Origin: Burkholderiales bacterium
Lineage (GTDB): Bacteria > Pseudomonadota > Gammaproteobacteria > Burkholderiales > Burkholderiaceae_C
NCBI GenBank assembly: GCA_031419635.1
Contig: JANOKY010000184.1
Location: forward strand, 1-38,031
Direction of reading: 5' to 3'
Length of the DNA: 38,031 nt
This document shows, piece after piece, positions 36,112-38,031 of the stretch. The notes under the pieces were generated by a model that was given only the letters and a program-made list of their open reading frames with translations, was not told the origin of the DNA and did no database searches. Positions within the stretch are counted from its first letter, which is position 1, and every line of letters starts with the position of its first letter. Both the position numbers and the translations under genes were made by a program.

Positions 36112-36441
36112 TCATGGCGCGTCCGGCAGCACGCAGACTTCGCCCAACTGCAGCTCGTTGTCGCGGGCGAAGTTCATCACGAAGTCCCAGGCCATCGGCT
36201 CAATGCCGCGCAGCGCCTCGTTGACGATCACGCACTTGACGCCGCCGACGATGGTCGGCACGCAGTACGGCGAGTAGCCGATGAAGGCGCCGATACCGCC
36301 GACACTGCCCTCAGGCCGGAAGCAAGACATCGCGCTGGCCAGCCGCTCGGCCCAATCGCTGGGGCGAAAGGTCCGGCCCTCCTTGGTGATGCCTTGGATG
36401 CAGAACTCGCGCGGTTTGGCGATGCTGGGCGGGGCGGTCAT
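36112..36441 (-). CDS. DUF3579-domain protein
   Basis: ORF 36112..36687 trimmed to ATG 36441. FCIQGITKEGRTFRPSDWAERL ... YSPY ... IEPMAWDFVMNFARDNELQL matches my memory of DUF3579 proteins found between rpsT and argD in Burkholderiales. A longer N-terminal form is not excluded. Confidence 0.65.
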   Translation of the reverse strand: MTAPPSIAKPREFCIQGITKEGRTFRPSDWAERLASAMSCFRPEGSVGGIGAFIGYSPYCVPTIVGGVKCVIVNEALRGIEPMAWDFVMNFARDNELQLGEVCVLPDAP

Positions 36442-36701
36442 GCAGGGGTTGGCGGGTCGCACCGGCACGCTGCCTGCCGCCACCACACCGGCCACGGCCA
36501 CCAAAACCGGCCACGAAGGATGTGCAGGGCGCATTGTGCCTTGCAATTGTTGCGCCGCAGCAAGCATGGTCGTGGTCTCATTCTCCGGTGCTGGCGGTGT
36601 CTTCGGCCGCGGCAGGCCGAACCGTAGAATGACCGCGAGCCGGCGCGTGAGTTCGTGACGCTGCCGGCCTTTGTTTTTGCCGATCAACCCCGGAAGCTGC
36701 C

Positions 36702-37898
36702 ATGACCGCCGCCCCTGAGCCGCATGTGATGAAGACCTACGGCCGCCTGCCGATCGCGTTGTCGCACGGCCGCGGCTGCCGCGTCTGGGACACCGACGGC
36801 CGCGAGTACCTCGACGCGCTGGGTGGCATCGCCGTCAACACCCTGGGCCACGCCCACCCGAGCCTGGTGCCGGCCTTGCAGGAGCAGATCGGCAAGCTGA
36901 TCCACACCAGCAATTACTACCACGTACCGCTGCAAGAACAGCTCGCCGCCAAGCTGACCGAGTTGTCGGGCCTGAGCAATGCCTTCTTCTGCAACAGCGG
37001 CCTGGAAGCCAACGAGGCTGCGCTGAAGATCGCGCGCAAACACGGCCATGACAAAGGTATCGAGCGGCCCGAGATCATCGTCTACGAGGCCGCCTTCCAT
37101 GGCCGCTCGATCGCCACCCTGTCGGCCACCGGCAACCCCAAGGTGCAGGCCGGCTTCGGCCCGCTGGTGGAAGGCTTCGTGCGCGTGCCGCTGAACAACC
37201 TGGCGGCGATCGACGAGGTGCGCGAGACCAGCCCCAACGTGGTCGCGGTGTTCCTCGAAACGATCCAGGGCGAAGGCGGCATCAATGCCTCACGCTGGGA
37301 GTATTTGCAGGGGCTGCGGCGCATTTGCGACGAGCAGGGCTGGCTGTTGATGCTCGACGAAGTGCAATGCGGCATCGGCCGCACCGGCAAATGGTTCGCG
37401 CACCAATGGGCCGGCATCCAGCCCGATGTGATGCCGCTGGCCAAGGGCCTGGGCTCCGGGGTGCCGATCGGCGCCGTGGTCTGCGGCCCGCGCGCGGCCG
37501 GCGTGCTCGGCCCGGGCAACCACGGCAGCACCTTCGGCGGCAACCCGCTGGCGATGCGCGCCGGTGTCGAAACCCTGCGCATCATGGAAGAAGACGGGCT
37601 GCTCGCCAATGCCGCGGCGATGGGCGCGCTGCTCAAGGCCGGCTTCGAGCGCGAATTCGCCGGCCTCGCGGGGGTGAAGGACATTCGCGGTGCTGGCTTG
37701 ATGATCGGCATCGAACTCGACCGCCCCTGCGGCGAATTGCTCGGCCGCGCCTGCGAAGCCGGCCTGCTGATCAGCGTCACGGCAGAGCGGGTGATCCGCC
37801 TGCTGCCGCCCTTGATCATCAATGCCGACGAAGCCGCGCAGATCGTCGCGATGCTGGTGCCGCTGGTGCGGCAATTCCTGGCCGCCGCCAAGCCATGA
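36702..37898 (+). CDS. argD: Acetylornithine/succinylornithine aminotransferase (class III PLP aminotransferase)
   Basis: MKTYGRLPIALSHGRGCRVWDTDGREYLD N-terminus, FCNSGLEANEAALK, LMLDEVQCGIGRTGKWFA, and LAKGLGSGVPIGAV (PLP lysine). Confidence 0.92.
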   Translation: MTAAPEPHVMKTYGRLPIALSHGRGCRVWDTDGREYLDALGGIAVNTLGHAHPSLVPALQEQIGKLIHTSNYYHVPLQEQLAAKLTELSGLSNAFFCNSGLEANEAALKIARKHGHDKGIERPEIIVYEAAFHGRSIATLSATGNPKVQAGFGPLVEGFVRVPLNNLAAIDEVRETSPNVVAVFLETIQGEGGINASRWEYLQGLRRICDEQGWLLMLDEVQCGIGRTGKWFAHQWAGIQPDVMPLAKGLGSGVPIGAVVCGPRAAGVLGPGNHGSTFGGNPLAMRAGVETLRIMEEDGLLANAAAMGALLKAGFEREFAGLAGVKDIRGAGLMIGIELDRPCGELLGRACEAGLLISVTAERVIRLLPPLIINADEAAQIVAMLVPLVRQFLAAAKP

Positions 37899-37914
37899 AA
37901 CCGGGGGACGCGCT

Positions 37915-38031
37915 GATGAAGCATTACCTGCAATTCAAGGACCTGCGCGCCGAGGAATACGCCTACCTGTTCGAGCGCACGCGCGAGATCAAGAAGCGCT
38001 TCAAGAACTACGAGAAGTACCAGCCGCTGGT
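37915..38031 (+). CDS. argF: Ornithine carbamoyltransferase, 5' fragment (runs off the window)
   Basis: Hand translation from ATG 37915 gives MKHYLQFKDLRAEEYAYLFERTREIKKRFKNYEKYQPL, a typical OTCase N-terminus. It directly follows argD. It is absent from the ORF track because no stop lies within the window. Confidence 0.8.

Overview
This is a high-GC, densely packed chromosomal segment. Gene content and order look like a betaproteobacterium of the Burkholderiales/Comamonadaceae type; that placement is inferred from memory of synteny, not searched. I call 47 CDS (the last is truncated by the window end) and one tRNA-Ala(CGC). Almost everything is recognisable housekeeping. From left to right: rubrerythrin; an AFMID-like alpha/beta hydrolase; tRNA-Ala; nadC; a tonB-exbB-exbD-exbD-TPR module; a co-directional, partly translationally coupled array (MBL hydrolase, SDR, UPF0016 transporter, GFA, PaaI thioesterase, glyoxalase I, PaiB); edd-eda; chaC; a MobA/MocA-like nucleotidyltransferase; pdxH; msrA; a DEAD-box helicase; orn; an M48 peptidase; phhB; rsgA; an AmpE/CobD-like protein; a CoA pyrophosphatase; the rpsP-rimM-trmD-rplS operon; GNAT plus a TM2 protein; DUF47-PiT; a long minus-strand block murJ-sirB1-perM-hda-HAD-pcnB-folK; rpsT; DUF3579; argD; argF'. 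I recognise no integrase, transposase, phage, CRISPR, toxin-antitoxin or defence gene, and no compositional island. I therefore cannot honestly point to a convincing new multi-gene system here. The features not explained by ordinary annotation are small-scale. (1) A four-member GC-rich palindromic intergenic repeat family (REP-like); one copy carries a perfect 17-bp inverted repeat, three copies abut stop codons, and one sits on a start region. (2) Several candidate operators and leaders: upstream of rubrerythrin, upstream of edd, the rpsP leader heptamer repeat, the long helicase leader, and a hairpin over the MBL start codon. (3) A glutathione/electrophile-themed gene array that ends in a 9-bp convergent overlap with eda. 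(4) A TonB module with a signal-peptide ExbB, two ExbD paralogues and a secreted TPR protein. Many long ORFs in the supplied track are GC-driven shadow ORFs or spurious N-terminal extensions, and I trimmed or rejected them.
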